NCBI GenBank assembly: GCA_902635945.1
Contig: CACPPU010000001.1
Coordinates: 364,955 to 428,954 of the forward strand
Source: an uncultured Candidatus Actinomarina sp.
GTDB taxonomy: Bacteria; Actinomycetota; Acidimicrobiia; Actinomarinales; Actinomarinaceae
Direction: 5' to 3'
DNA length: 64,000 nt
The notes beneath the pieces were generated by a model. The model saw only the letters and a list, made by a program, of their open reading frames with translations. It was not told where the DNA came from and ran no database searches. Below, piece after piece: positions 63,646-64,000 of this stretch. Both the position numbers and the translations under genes were made by a program. Within the stretch, counting starts at the first letter, position 1, and each line of letters begins with the position of its first letter.

Positions 63646-64000
63646 ATGTTCAAAAATGATAACTTGTATATCAATAGCAATGATTTTGCTTCTTTTGCTG
63701 ACTTAATATATTCAAATAGAGATACGTACAAAAATAAAGCTTTTGAAAAGGATACTGAGGTAATTGAGATCAATAATGATCCAAAATTTAATTGTGTAGT
63801 TTATAAAAAAATAATTTTTGACATATCAAGTGGAGATGTAATATTTTGCAATAGCAATCATATAGATAATTTATTTTTTCATTTAAAGAAATTTCGTGAT
63901 CTTGAAAACATTACTCTAGTAACACATCAAACCGATAAATTGGTTACTAAAAAACAATTTACTAAAAAGCCAGATTGTGTAACAACATGGTATTCAGTAA
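63646..64000 (+). CDS. Hypothetical protein, 5' part only (runs off the window)
   Basis: Manual translation from the ATG at 63646 gives MFKNDNLYINSNDFASFADLIYSNRDTYKNKAFEKD.... The frame is open to the window end. It is not in the ORF track because there is no in-window stop. Confidence 0.4.
   Translation, partial: MFKNDNLYINSNDFASFADLIYSNRDTYKNKAFEKDTEVIEINNDPKFNCVVYKKIIFDISSGDVIFCNSNHIDNLFFHLKKFRDLENITLVTHQTDKLVTKKQFTKKPDCVTTWYSV

Overview
This is a very gene-dense, AT-rich bacterial chromosome segment. It is probably from a streamlined marine actinobacterium. That is an inference from an MshA-like GT4, a class II NrdJ with a C-terminal Zn-ribbon plus an NrdR box, and an envelope island rich in GT-C enzymes. 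Nothing here was searched against a database. The left ~28 kb looks like core genome. It holds a 3'-truncated GH57 lipoprotein (missing from the ORF track because it is open to the window edge), a tryptophanase-family lyase, an SPFH/NfeD pair, a rimB-rimK pair, an mshA-like operon and nrdJ. It also holds an atypical respiratory locus. A Rieske/split cytochrome b operon (2x[4Fe-4S] subunit, b6-type cytochrome b, subunit-IV-like protein, Rieske protein, very large dihaem cytochrome c) sits divergently beside a cbb3-like operon. The CcoN homologue in that operon has only three histidines, too few to bind the haem/Cu centres, and the CcoO homologue appears to have Met->His at the haem ligand. Three of these respiratory proteins share an N-terminal QRSAEARA module followed by repeat-expanded acidic linkers. 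tRNA-Val(UAC) lies at 28087-28160. Its 3' half plus 11 nt is duplicated perfectly (54 bp) at 30134-30187, bracketing a ~2 kb integrase-less cassette. The cassette carries one secreted S1-type protease gene, which is itself flanked by a perfect 23-bp direct repeat. The right-hand ~34 kb (30.2-64 kb) is visibly even more AT-rich and is a glycan-assembly island. It has nine large polytopic proteins, several clearly ArnT/PMT-like (GT-C), including two paralogous pairs and one fused to a PRK/uridine-kinase-like domain. It also has three Dpm1/GtrB-like polyprenyl-phosphate sugar synthases, further GT2/GT8/GT10/GT25/GT-B enzymes, an amino-sugar module, a sugar-phosphate activation module and a GDP-fucose-related module. 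I recognised no Wzx/Wzy/ABC exporter or initiating transferase. All functional calls come from motifs read by eye in the supplied translations, so they are family-level hypotheses.
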